Below, in pieces: positions 28,323 to 37,675 of a DNA stretch of 52,793 nt (its first letter is position 1; each line of letters begins with the position of its first letter). The notes beneath the pieces were generated by a model. The model did no database searches and was not told the origin of the DNA. It was given only the letters and a program-made list of their open reading frames with translations. The DNA is from a virus (lineage: Duplodnaviria > Caudoviricetes), in IMG/VR virus record IMGVR_UViG_3300000530_000031, positions 1 through 52,793 of that record; one strand, 5' to 3'. The position numbers were made by a program, and so were the translations under genes.

Positions 28323-29033
28323 TTAGTTTGTGAGATAGTATAGCTCGACACGTTTTAACCAAGCATCGTGATATTTTTTAAAATCTGCTCCTTCCAGCAC
28401 GAATTCTTGGTAAGCAGGTGTTTCGTAGACGCCGGCGGAGATCTCTTTAGGCTGTGCACACATCAGTATCACACCATCTTTAATGTCTGTACCATGCATG
28501 TTATTATGTGCTGCTGAATAGGCGCAGAGTTGCAGGAAATAATCTTCGATCCATTCGCGCTTTTTAGGTCGGTTGGTTTGTTTAAAATCTAGTATCGCTG
28601 GGCGACCTCTCCAGATACCTACACAGTCTGTAGTGCCTGCATATAATCCACTATAATAAACCGGTATTTCTACGCCCCAGAATTCATCTACATGCGTTAG
28701 TCCTTCGAGAATAACCTGTGCTGCCATAAACCAGCTGGGGTGTGCATAAGGATTGCTGGGCAGGGGTTTCATATCGTCCATGAGAATATAACTCTCAAGA
28801 TAGCTGTGCATGCGTGTACCACGATTAGCAGCTTCTGTGGTGATTTGTTGGGCTTGCTTTTCCCCAACACGACGCTTCCAGTTATTTAATGCGTCAATCT
28901 TTTCCTGAGGTTTTGTACGATCTAAAATCGTAGTAACACTAGGAACTCGTGAACCATCTGGCAATGCATAATGTCGTTTTCCATCAACACTAGTTCTGCT
29001 GATGGCAGTATAGTCAAATTTTTGGGTAATCAT
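28323..29033 (-). CDS. PD-(D/E)XK exonuclease
   Basis: PSVTTIL, RGT.MH, YAGTTD, ILDFKQ and QL.AY motifs. Confidence 0.9.
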   Translation of the reverse strand: MITQKFDYTAISRTSVDGKRHYALPDGSRVPSVTTILDRTKPQEKIDALNNWKRRVGEKQAQQITTEAANRGTRMHSYLESYILMDDMKPLPSNPYAHPSWFMAAQVILEGLTHVDEFWGVEIPVYYSGLYAGTTDCVGIWRGRPAILDFKQTNRPKKREWIEDYFLQLCAYSAAHNNMHGTDIKDGVILMCAQPKEISAGVYETPAYQEFVLEGADFKKYHDAWLKRVELYYLTN

Positions 29034-30001
29034 TGTTCTCTCTGGTTTTGACAGAAGGTCCGATATATTGCTATGTTTTTATAAGCTATATCATACATTT
29101 TTTTTATTTTTTCCTGCCTGTCAGGACTATTATACAATGATCTTAAAGAATTTATCAAATATTTGATTCTCATATTAAGATTTTGTATTTCGTCGTAACT
29201 TTCATCAATTACCGAATCAAAAGTGTAAAAACCCATCTCTTTTAACTTTAAAAGACTGCCAGGGCCAGAAAATAACACAAATGGTTTGCCGGTTGCTAGG
29301 CATCTCGCAGTTTTTTCTGTGTACCAACCAGTCGATAATGCATCAGTTTCGCTGATTATCTCAATATTATACCTGTTCCAAATATTAGGATAATTTTCGC
29401 ATGACTCTTGCCATTTGAGATTTCCGTTAATATGGTTACTGGTTAAATCCGTCTGGTATGATTTCGATAATACCCACTTGATTTCCTCTGTATAAATGGA
29501 TTCGACATGCCTTAGTGAAGTACTAACAAAATCTTTGTTTGGTTGAAAAACTAAAAAATTATCGTCAGCGAAAGTTTTATCTATTAGATAAGCTAAACGT
29601 AATCTTGGAACAGTGAATCTGCCAAAGCTAGCACCAACAAATTTAGCCAACTCTAAATTTTTTTCAAAATCAGGAATAAATTTACCAGTGGTTACAAAAA
29701 TACCAAGTACTAGCTTTTTGTGTGTATAGTTATTCTTTATCGGTAAATGGGATTCGATAATTAGATCTTGTTCAGATATTCCGATCGTTGATAATATTAA
29801 CTCTAAGAAATCATAAAATCCGCTGTGTTTAAGATTTTCACCGTCGGGGGCATAGAATTTTAGCTTCATTCCCGCATGATACTTTTCGGCTATCGCATCT
29901 AATAGAAGTTCTCTTTGAGTAAAACTACAGTCCTTGTGTATAAAAAACTGCAGAGCAACACATATTTCATTGTTGACTATTTTAATGGCCTGTTCTATCA
30001 T
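29030..30001 (-). CDS. Glycosyltransferase-like (GT10-like C-terminus) protein
   Basis: IISET...TEKT...KPF..G..L..GF.TFD..IDESYD motif; AT-rich. Confidence 0.5.
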   Translation of the reverse strand: MIEQAIKIVNNEICVALQFFIHKDCSFTQRELLLDAIAEKYHAGMKLKFYAPDGENLKHSGFYDFLELILSTIGISEQDLIIESHLPIKNNYTHKKLVLGIFVTTGKFIPDFEKNLELAKFVGASFGRFTVPRLRLAYLIDKTFADDNFLVFQPNKDFVSTSLRHVESIYTEEIKWVLSKSYQTDLTSNHINGNLKWQESCENYPNIWNRYNIEIISETDALSTGWYTEKTARCLATGKPFVLFSGPGSLLKLKEMGFYTFDSVIDESYDEIQNLNMRIKYLINSLRSLYNSPDRQEKIKKMYDIAYKNIAIYRTFCQNQREQ

Positions 30002-30765
30002 ATTTTAGTCCATAGATAGTCAGACCAAAGTTTATGTCCTTGTTCCGTTGGATGTCTAGTATCGCCAGAATTACAATACATACAGTTATCAAGAAGATCA
30101 ATTCTTTTTTCAGCGAGCTCTATTACATCTAATCTATCAATAAACTTTTTTACGTAATTCATCTGTCCGATATGCTCAGATACAACTATTCGTGTACTAT
30201 TATTAATAGGTTTATTGAGCAATACCTCCAACCAAGTTTTATCAGTTAATTGTACATCACTAGATGTTATTCCATCAGTAAAATTGTGTGCTATTAAAAA
30301 TTTTATGTTTTTGTATTTTTCTTGTAATAAAGAAATTTGTTGATAAGTGTTACAAAGTATCCCGTCAAGTGTTTCTTTTAGTGTAGGATACTTCAATTTA
30401 TCTATTAAACTTAATTCTTCGTGTCTACCGGATTCGGTTAATGTGATTACACAGATAATAGAATTATAGTCAGTGATAGTCAACAATAATTCTGTAAGCC
30501 AATTAATAATTAATTGGTTTGATGCCCCGGGCAGAGCAAAATTAATCCAATCTGCATCTATACGATCGGCTAGCAATTTACCATATATGTTATTTAATCT
30601 ATATTCTGTATCGTCTATACCTAAACGTACTTTAGTTTTTCCTAAACTATCTCCGTAGGTCCAACTATCGCCAGCGGTGATTAATAAAGATTTTTTATTT
30701 CGTACTAAATGATAGTACGGATTAGAAATTAATGACCAAGCAGGTATAGGAAATCGATTAAACAT
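29998..30765 (-). CDS. SGNH/GDSL-like hydrolase-fold protein
   Basis: GDSWTYG, N.A.PGASN and HPTEQGH motifs. Confidence 0.65.
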   Translation of the reverse strand: MFNRFPIPAWSLISNPYYHLVRNKKSLLITAGDSWTYGDSLGKTKVRLGIDDTEYRLNNIYGKLLADRIDADWINFALPGASNQLIINWLTELLLTITDYNSIICVITLTESGRHEELSLIDKLKYPTLKETLDGILCNTYQQISLLQEKYKNIKFLIAHNFTDGITSSDVQLTDKTWLEVLLNKPINNSTRIVVSEHIGQMNYVKKFIDRLDVIELAEKRIDLLDNCMYCNSGDTRHPTEQGHKLWSDYLWTKI

Positions 30766-31783
30766 ATTTTGTAAGATCTAGATCTATTAGTGTATTCCAT
30801 TGCTGGTATACATAATTCCGGAATCTTTGTTTATTTAAAACTAAACGATAGAAAATACGTTGGTATTCTGCAGACACATCTGAAATTTTTGATACAGCAT
30901 CTACTACCATCTCTGCATATTTTATCTGTTTAGCAACATCACCTAGTTGTTCGTTAATCTGACTATAATCAAATATATCTTCAAAAATATCAAACCCAGA
31001 ATCTTTAAGATGCTGTCGTAGTCGAGGTTGACCATAGACCATAAAAGGCCTCATACCAATTATAGGTTTGAAAGTTTTCTCGCTGGTGAAAAAATCATCA
31101 GGATTAGGATTTGAAAATTCTGTTTCTGTTACTATACACAGAAAACTTCGATTCCATATATTTAAATCCCCTACACTAAAAATATCGTTGCGTATACGAT
31201 TGCTAACAAACCTTTCGTCTGTGCCAAGGTTTCCGTATTCATCCGAAATACCCTGTTCTTCTGTGAACTTGTCATCTATGGTTATCGCTTGATCACCGGG
31301 TAATCCTAAACTTACATAACCTTGATCAAATACCCCTAATGATTGTAGAGTACGCACCAGATTAATCCTATGAGGATGTGGTTTACGATTTAAACAGATA
31401 AATTTTTTAGCATCAGGTAACAACTGAAGATCTTGTTCTTCGTAACTTTTAAAATAAAAATCGCAGACTATAGCCCAAAAATCTATGCGTAGTTGATGAC
31501 TATTTCCTAATATAAGATAAGGTCTGCCAGATTGTTCAATTGCTTGAAAAATTTTTGGTACTGCAGGATCTACAAAATTATGACAGATAATAAAATCTGG
31601 ATTGGTTGTTTTGATATTTTCTAAGATGTTGTCTTCATGCATCCAAGTTGGATTGATCAACATCACACGGTTAACATTTAACTGCTGTTTTGCTTTACGT
31701 TCTAATATATCTCTGATAAGTTGTTCTACCCTACCGGCTTTCCATGTATAAGGAAATCCGTTAGTGGATTTTTCGAATTCCAT
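30758..31783 (-). CDS. Glycosyltransferase-like (GT10-like C-terminus) protein
   Basis: FICLNRKPHPHR and VTET...SEKTFKPI..RPF..G..GFDIF motifs. Confidence 0.5.
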   Translation of the reverse strand: MEFEKSTNGFPYTWKAGRVEQLIRDILERKAKQQLNVNRVMLINPTWMHEDNILENIKTTNPDFIICHNFVDPAVPKIFQAIEQSGRPYLILGNSHQLRIDFWAIVCDFYFKSYEEQDLQLLPDAKKFICLNRKPHPHRINLVRTLQSLGVFDQGYVSLGLPGDQAITIDDKFTEEQGISDEYGNLGTDERFVSNRIRNDIFSVGDLNIWNRSFLCIVTETEFSNPNPDDFFTSEKTFKPIIGMRPFMVYGQPRLRQHLKDSGFDIFEDIFDYSQINEQLGDVAKQIKYAEMVVDAVSKISDVSAEYQRIFYRLVLNKQRFRNYVYQQWNTLIDLDLTKYV

Positions 31784-31806
31784 AATTTTTGAGTTTGCTT
31801 AAAAAA

Positions 31807-32232
31807 TTATTTTTTAGAGGCTCTATCAGCCATTTTCTGCACTACTTTGCTGGGATCACCCTTGGGCGCCGACCCGGCGCCCAATGCGTCAGAATCGTCT
31901 GTGGTGTTTTCCGGTAATGCTAGATAGATATACTTGGTGCCAGTGTGCGGATCGTCTTTGATATTTTTAATCAATGCTTTTACAGTATCGTTGCTTTTCT
32001 GTGCGCTATCTAATGCAGCAAAATTAAATGCTTCATTTCCTGGAATATTACGTACACGTTCAATAACTGTGTCAACTGCTACACGGGGCGTGACCGCCCC
32101 ACTGTGTTCTGCTTCGTTACGTAAATATTCTAAGACTGTAACCAATGCCGCATCACCGCGTGTATCAGCTTCGTCTTCGATAGTATCTCTTTCTGTGTCG
32201 AGATCTTCTCGTATGATTTCACTGACACGCAT
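31807..32232 (-). CDS. Conserved hypothetical phage protein
   Basis: MRVSEIIRE N-terminus; V.KMA.RA C-terminus. Confidence 0.7.
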   Translation of the reverse strand: MRVSEIIREDLDTERDTIEDEADTRGDAALVTVLEYLRNEAEHSGAVTPRVAVDTVIERVRNIPGNEAFNFAALDSAQKSNDTVKALIKNIKDDPHTGTKYIYLALPENTTDDSDALGAGSAPKGDPSKVVQKMADRASKK

Positions 32233-32915
32233 TATCTACGACCACGTCCTAATTCTTGTTCGCCACCAGCAGCTGCATCTGTACCGGCGAATTCATCTTC
32301 GTCGTGATCAAAGTCGCTGTCACCTTCTGGGGCTGGTAATTCTGGTGCAGGTTCGGATCCCAATCCTGCACCCATGTCCATAGGCTGTTCGACTTGCTCG
32401 CCTGCTAGTGCACGCACTGCTGAATCTGCTTGTTCGCGACCTGTGCTGACTGCTTGATATAAGTTAGCTAACAATGGGCTCATAGCAGATTTAAATGCTT
32501 CGGCTTGTTGCTCACCGATTTGATCTCGTATGGTATCTAGCAGTGCAGGCATCTGCTCATTCTGCATCTTGCTGACTTTTTCTAACATGTCTTGTACTGT
32601 GTTAACCATATCCTTGGCAGCTAATACTGTTTCGCTACGACCCATTTCGCTTTCAAATAAACCTTGCTCACTGGTCATCCAACGATCCAGGCCTTCTTTG
32701 ACCATGATCATTTCCATGTAGCGTGCATTACGTTCTGCTGTGTGTGCACCATGGCTGCGTTTAATAGTAGCTAAGTTTTCAGCGATAGCCTGACTTAAAC
32801 GCTGTGCTTTAGCATATGTTAAGTTATCATAATCGATAGCAAACCCAAAGCTGCGTTCTACGATTTTATTAATTTTTTGTGGTGTCATTTCAACACGCAT
32901 TTCGGATAATCTCAT
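32232..32915 (-). CDS. Helical head/scaffold-like protein
   Basis: Start at ATG 32915 after an AGGA RBS and CATAAATA; helical core with an acidic tail ending LGRGRR. Confidence 0.6.
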   Translation of the reverse strand: MRLSEMRVEMTPQKINKIVERSFGFAIDYDNLTYAKAQRLSQAIAENLATIKRSHGAHTAERNARYMEMIMVKEGLDRWMTSEQGLFESEMGRSETVLAAKDMVNTVQDMLEKVSKMQNEQMPALLDTIRDQIGEQQAEAFKSAMSPLLANLYQAVSTGREQADSAVRALAGEQVEQPMDMGAGLGSEPAPELPAPEGDSDFDHDEDEFAGTDAAAGGEQELGRGRR

Positions 32916-32946
32916 GGTCCTATAATTCCCTGATGTTTGTATATAT

Positions 32947-33519
32947 TTATGTCTTTTGCCAGACTTTGTTGATTTTGGCTCTATGGTGTAGAGCACATAA
33001 TCTTTCAGTGGCTATCGTTAATTTAGCCACTGCATCGTCAAGTCTAGCTATCCTTATGTCTAACATACTATAGTTCTTGTTAGCTTTTGCTATGCGCACA
33101 GCATGATTCATCTGTCGTATGTTGACCTTTTGAGTATTTATTTCTCTATCCAAGTCCTGTAATTCTTGCGCTGATTGTATCTTGCCCTGTACTGTATAGA
33201 TCACGTATAGAACCGCTGTTATCTTATCCGAAAATTCATAGACCAGTTCACTGTTGCGATCTAATACTTTAAAACCATTGGAATCAATCTGTTTAACATA
33301 ATATAGACCTATCCTATAGCCATCTGCTACGGGTATGCAAACTGGGGTGCGTGATGCCTGTTGCTGTTCTAATTCTCGTTGCGCCAGAGATTTCAAGCGG
33401 GCATTAGTGGTGCGTATGCCCTGCTCTATCTCGCGTGAAAACTTTTCCTGTTCTTGTTGTTCTGATAGTGTGCGGGCGGATTTTTTCTTAACAAAATTTT
33501 TATTATGTTTCTTCTTCAT
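32947..33519 (-). CDS. Hypothetical coiled-coil protein
   Basis: ORF track entry. Confidence 0.65.
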   Translation of the reverse strand: MKKKHNKNFVKKKSARTLSEQQEQEKFSREIEQGIRTTNARLKSLAQRELEQQQASRTPVCIPVADGYRIGLYYVKQIDSNGFKVLDRNSELVYEFSDKITAVLYVIYTVQGKIQSAQELQDLDREINTQKVNIRQMNHAVRIAKANKNYSMLDIRIARLDDAVAKLTIATERLCALHHRAKINKVWQKT

Positions 33520-33526
33520 ATACTAC

Positions 33527-34240
33527 TTATTGTATTTTTTTGGAATTTCTAGATTTTTTCCAATTTTCTATGTGGTTAATTGTTCGTTTTGATTTTGGTT
33601 TTCCTGTAAGAGCAATACTTCTATCCCTGCACAGTTTTATCGCCTTTTCTTCTCCGTAAATTTCTGCATAAGTTTTACCTTTTAAGATACTTGGCGTTCC
33701 ACAATGATCAAAATGATACCTTTTCATCGACCCAACCCCACCTGTTTTGTTACAATGTGGACAAGTAACAATTTTTTGAGGGCCTTTGGGTTTACGAGAA
33801 TTTAAATTTGGCCCAATATTTTTTCCCTTTAATGATGCGGACCTTTTTCTAATAGATTCTGTTGTTTGTTTATATCCGGATGTACCGGTTCCGCCTTCTG
33901 TAATATTGTGCAATATGCCGATAGGTGAAGGATCGATGTATCCTGTTTTATAATCTACATCTTTCCGACCATACCATCGTATTAGTTTTCTTTCTAAAGC
34001 AAATGCACCAAATTCAGTTAAATTGTAAGATACTATGATTATTTTTGTACTATCAGTTGGTGTATGTACACCACCACAATATTTGTTTTCTGTAGTGACT
34101 CGATGATTATTCCAAGCTCTATATCCGCAACCTTTACCTATGTAATACGGTGTACCGTCATCCCTTAGATATGCGTAAACATAAAATCTAAACGGTCCGG
34201 TGTCTTTTAAGTCCATTGGTAAGTTTGAATAAATATTCAT
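33527..34240 (-). mobile_element. Free-standing GIY-YIG-type homing endonuclease with a NUMOD/Zn-ribbon tail
   Basis: [38 protein letters not shown] and YEEIYG-like motifs. Confidence 0.85.
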
Positions 34241-34296
34241 GCTGACATTCCTTGCTAATGTTAGAGTAGTTGGATCTGCCAGGATCGCGAACTACA
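34241..34296 (-). ncRNA. Conserved structured leader, copy 1
   Basis: TGTAGTTCGCGATCCTGGCAGATCCAACTACTCTAACATTAGCAAGGAATGTCAGC-ATG; homologous to 35909-35964. Confidence 0.65.
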
Positions 34297-34303
34297 TCTT
34301 TGT

Positions 34304-34513
34304 TTATCTAATTTTTTTAGTATATACTATTTTGCCATTTTCATCACGACGCAATAATATATTTTGCATCGTCAGTTGATTCGCTATTTCCTGTTCACGC
34401 TCACTCAAGGAGCTTTTCGATATGGTCTTTTCGCTGTCAAACCTACCCAAGAGATCTGCCTGCTCATTGTTGACGGGCACTTGTAGGTTATTTAATAATT
34501 CTACTATCTTCAT
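34304..34513 (-). CDS. Small hypothetical protein (winged-helix-like)
   Basis: MKIVELL N-terminus; L.EREQ.IA.QL....IL.R. Confidence 0.65.
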   Translation of the reverse strand: MKIVELLNNLQVPVNNEQADLLGRFDSEKTISKSSLSEREQEIANQLTMQNILLRRDENGKIVYTKKIR

Positions 34514-34770
34514 CGGGTGGCAAAATGTATGAGTAGTGTAACAAAACCCGTTAACAGTGCTGTAAATACCGCTGTGCCAATAGTGATGATAGTTTTATTG
34601 CCTTCTGTGCCAGACTTTGACACGCTGTCTTTGATCTCAACCAGATGCTGCTCGAATTTGTCCATTCTACGCTCTAGACTGTTTAGTTTAGTTTCCAAAT
34701 TCTTATACCTCTCAGCACATAAGTCTACATGCGCCTCGAGGCTGCGTTTTTCAATATCTAATGTTGACAT
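34510..34770 (-). CDS. Coiled-coil plus C-terminal TM protein (holin/XhlA-like architecture)
   Basis: LEAHVDLCAERY coiled coil and one C-terminal TM helix. Confidence 0.6.
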   Translation of the reverse strand: MSTLDIEKRSLEAHVDLCAERYKNLETKLNSLERRMDKFEQHLVEIKDSVSKSGTEGNKTIITIGTAVFTALLTGFVTLLIHFATR

Positions 34771-34868
34771 CGACTGTCCCTCACACTTTTCAATAAGTGA
34801 TGCGTTTACAATTTGCCTAACTTGAGCCTTGATAATGAGCCTAACTGGTGCCGTAGCATCAAATATAT

Positions 34869-35291
34869 TTATGCAGAAGTTATCCGCTCAAAGTATATGT
34901 TTTTAATGGTTCCGTAGGGATAGAATATGGGTAGCATGAACCGTGCAGTCTCTTCGAGACCTGTAATTATAGGTACTTGTTCAAAGTCTTTCTGTAGTGA
35001 TGCCAAGGGTTGGTTGGGCAGATCATAGATGTCAGCGGGTTCAACTGCCCAGGTCCAGTACCATACTCTCTGTGGTCCAGTATAGAAATCACCAAATTTA
35101 AATGTGCTGATGTTTTCCACATCTACAGCACTTGGAGCAGATACTTGCAAGGGTTGCGTCTTGATACCTATGCACTGTAGGACAGTTTCCCAGTTACGCT
35201 GTTGGTCTCTGTGCAGGCCATTGGTACGTGTCACTCCAGTGGGAGTTACGTCAACTAATGTTACTCCTGCATAGAAATATAAGTCGCTCAT
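34869..35291 (-). CDS. Conserved hypothetical phage protein
   Basis: TLVDVT.TGV, QQRNWETVLQ and VPIITGL.ET segments; start moved downstream of the terminator. Confidence 0.7.
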   Translation of the reverse strand: MSDLYFYAGVTLVDVTPTGVTRTNGLHRDQQRNWETVLQCIGIKTQPLQVSAPSAVDVENISTFKFGDFYTGPQRVWYWTWAVEPADIYDLPNQPLASLQKDFEQVPIITGLEETARFMLPIFYPYGTIKNIYFERITSA

Positions 35292-35313
35292 GGTACTAGT
35301 ATTTAGTGGCCAC

Positions 35314-35339
35314 AAAAAAAGCGTCTAAAAAGACGCTTT
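35314..35339 (-). terminator. Intrinsic terminator
   Basis: AAAGCGTCT-TTTT-AGACGCTTT followed by a U run on the minus strand. Confidence 0.85.
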
Positions 35340-35361
35340 CTCTGTTGAGCCGGTTAAGCTA

Positions 35362-35802
35362 TTAAGCTAGTTTGAAACCGCTGCTTGTAACTGTTAGGTT
35401 AGCAGCTGTAACTGTACCAGCGATACCGATGTTACCACCAGAGCTTAATGCTGTCAAACGTGTTTGCAGTGCTGTAGCAACGTCAGCTGATGTAACAACA
35501 GCAGCACCTTGTAGTGTGTCGCCGTTCGCACCGCCTGCACCTGTAGCTTCTAAGTACACGCTGATCTGTGTGCTGTCAACTTGGTACAATGTTACTGTGC
35601 TGTCTTGTTCAACTGCACGTAAAATTGTTTCAACTGCACCACCTGTGTTCATTTCACCAGCTGTGAATGTAACACCTGCGATTTTTACTAAGATTGGCTC
35701 TTTTGTTAAGCCTGTTGCAACTGGGTAACCTAAAGAACCGATTCCACTATCAACGTTTACGACGCCATTTGCGTCACCTGCGTAGCGTGTTTGTATCGCC
35801 AT
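35362..35802 (-). CDS. Abundant virion protein candidate (decoration-like)
   Basis: Strong AGGAG RBS, upstream GATAAATA, own terminator, G/A/T/V-rich. Confidence 0.65.
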   Translation of the reverse strand: MAIQTRYAGDANGVVNVDSGIGSLGYPVATGLTKEPILVKIAGVTFTAGEMNTGGAVETILRAVEQDSTVTLYQVDSTQISVYLEATGAGGANGDTLQGAAVVTSADVATALQTRLTALSSGGNIGIAGTVTAANLTVTSSGFKLA

Positions 35803-35896
35803 AATATGTATCTCCTAAATTTCTATAAAATTATATAAGTACACCTATTGTACTTTTATGTAAATATTTATCTTTTTTGGAAAAAAACGGTTTCTA

Positions 35897-35904
35897 TATA
35901 AATA
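35897..35904 (+). promoter_or_regulatory. T4-late-type promoter TATAAATA
   Basis: Exact TATAAATA 4 nt before the conserved leader. Confidence 0.7.
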
Positions 35905-35908
35905 TTAG

Positions 35909-35964
35909 TGCAGTTCGCGATGCGCCAACACCCAACTGCTCTAACATTGAAAGGGAATGCCAGC
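35909..35964 (+). ncRNA. Conserved structured leader, copy 2
   Basis: TGCAGTTCGCGATGCGCCAACACCCAACTGCTCTAACATTGAAAGGGAATGCCAGC-ATG; compensatory change relative to copy 1. Confidence 0.65.
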
Positions 35965-36609
35965 ATGAATATTTATTACGTATACGCTTACCTACGCAGA
36001 GATGGGACTCCGTACTATATTGGTAAAGGTAAAGAGAATCGAGCGTATGAAGATCACATCAAACATAAACCACCAAAAGATAAGTCTAGGATAGTTTTTC
36101 TTGAGAAAAATCTCACTGAAATCGGTGCACTAGCACTAGAAAGACGCTATATTGTTTGGTACGGTCGAAAAGATTTGGGTACTGGTATATTACGTAATCA
36201 GACTGATGGCGGTGATGGGCTTACTAGCCCTTCGTTAGAAACTAGAAAGCGCATAGGCGAATCTGCTCGCGGAAGGGTATGGACAGAGGAAAATAAACAA
36301 AAACTTCGTAAACCTAAGATAAGAACAGATGAACACATCGCTAATCTTAGAAAGCCCAAAAAACCTAGGACTCAAGATCACTTATCGAAGATTAGTTTAG
36401 CTTTTAAAAATAAACCTTGGTCTGAGGCGAGAAAAAATTCTAAAAATCTAGAATATAAAATTACCGATCCAAACGGAGTTGTGTATTACGGTAAAGGTAG
36501 TATTAAAAAAACAAGTTGCCAGATTCCGATTAGTAATAATATTCTCAGAGATCTAATCTACGGCAGAAGAAAAGAATATAGAGGTTGGACTGCTAGCGTT
36601 ATTTGTTGA
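35965..36609 (+). mobile_element. Free-standing GIY-YIG-type homing endonuclease (NUMOD3-like repeats)
   Basis: [41 protein letters not shown]; the ATG at 35965 matches the paralog's start. Confidence 0.87.
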
Positions 36610-37675
36610 ATAGAGCACGACTGAACAACTGTCGGGGCACTAGTTTTACCACACCCGTTGGGGTGTTAAACACGAATCCTTCCCCACCAGCATGCCCTGC
36701 TACCGTCTGCGATATGCCCTGTACCTGCGATTCTAACTGATTGACCAATGCCTGTTTATAAGCATAAATCGCGTTCCAGATAGCAAAAACAGCTTCTAAA
36801 CCACGTGCTTCTCTATAGATATAGCCACCGTAGTTGTCGCCTACTAATTTCTTGTACTGTTGTCCGCTGACGTTGTTTTTAAGCCAATCTGCTAGCTGTT
36901 CCTGTGTCTGTCCTGTGATCTGATGATTAGCATATTTTTTCAATGCCTGTCGTGCTACACCGTCTAAACCTGCGAGGAATTTGTCTGCTTGTGCACCCAG
37001 GCTGGCTACTGCTTTTTTAGCTGCCCCGGCTACACGCACTGGATCTTTTAATTCGAAACGCACACCAGCAGTGGGCGTTAATATCATCACCGGACCATCT
37101 AGTTTAAGTCCTTGGCCATTCCAAGACACCGGTCTTGCCTGCTCGTCTGCGAGATAGCTGTGCACTGCTACACCACCCGAACGTCCTCGGATCTGTCGTC
37201 CTAGATCACTTGCCACTGGTATGCGGTATTCCACTACATTGGGTTTAAAAACATACTGTCCTTGTTGTGGTGTCAAAGGCTGGCTCCACATGAGATCTCC
37301 CCAGAAAAAGCCTGGGGTCGAGCCTACTGCCTGTTCTAAACCAGACCAGATGTTGGCTATACGCTGATATAGATCACCACGATTAGCACCCCGGGCACGA
37401 TCATATTCCGCCCATCCTTCGGGACTGGTCACACGCCCATTGGGTTTATCAAACATGTACTTGTCAGTGAGGATGAATTTCCCATCAGGCCGTCTCCCAA
37501 AGACCAATGCTGGCATACCATCCCACTTGATAGTGGTTGCACCGGGATTTTTTACTATCCAATCCAATGCCTGTAACATAGTGCCGGCGGATGCAGCACC
37601 GTCGAATATGCTGTCTTCGGGGTGTGGCGTGCGCACTGGAGCAGCGGCTACTTCGTTCAAAAATTCAAACATCAT
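36599..37675 (-). CDS. Ligase-like nucleotidyltransferase (KxDG; DUF6267-like)
   Basis: HPED, TIKWDG.PA..FG, GDL and GEGFV....VKLV.R resemble ligase motifs I, III, IV and V. Confidence 0.6.
   Translation of the reverse strand: MMFEFLNEVAAAPVRTPHPEDSIFDGAASAGTMLQALDWIVKNPGATTIKWDGMPALVFGRRPDGKFILTDKYMFDKPNGRVTSPEGWAEYDRARGANRGDLYQRIANIWSGLEQAVGSTPGFFWGDLMWSQPLTPQQGQYVFKPNVVEYRIPVASDLGRQIRGRSGGVAVHSYLADEQARPVSWNGQGLKLDGPVMILTPTAGVRFELKDPVRVAGAAKKAVASLGAQADKFLAGLDGVARQALKKYANHQITGQTQEQLADWLKNNVSGQQYKKLVGDNYGGYIYREARGLEAVFAIWNAIYAYKQALVNQLESQVQGISQTVAGHAGGEGFVFNTPTGVVKLVPRQLFSRALFNK

Noticed and set aside
28323-29033. Cas4/CRISPR adaptation gene
   Set aside because: It lacks the four-Cys Fe-S cluster pattern and any cas context; it is an ordinary phage PD-(D/E)XK exonuclease.
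35908-35964. 19-aa N-terminal extension of the plus-strand endonuclease
   Set aside because: This stretch is the conserved leader; the paralog starts at the equivalent ATG (MNIY).
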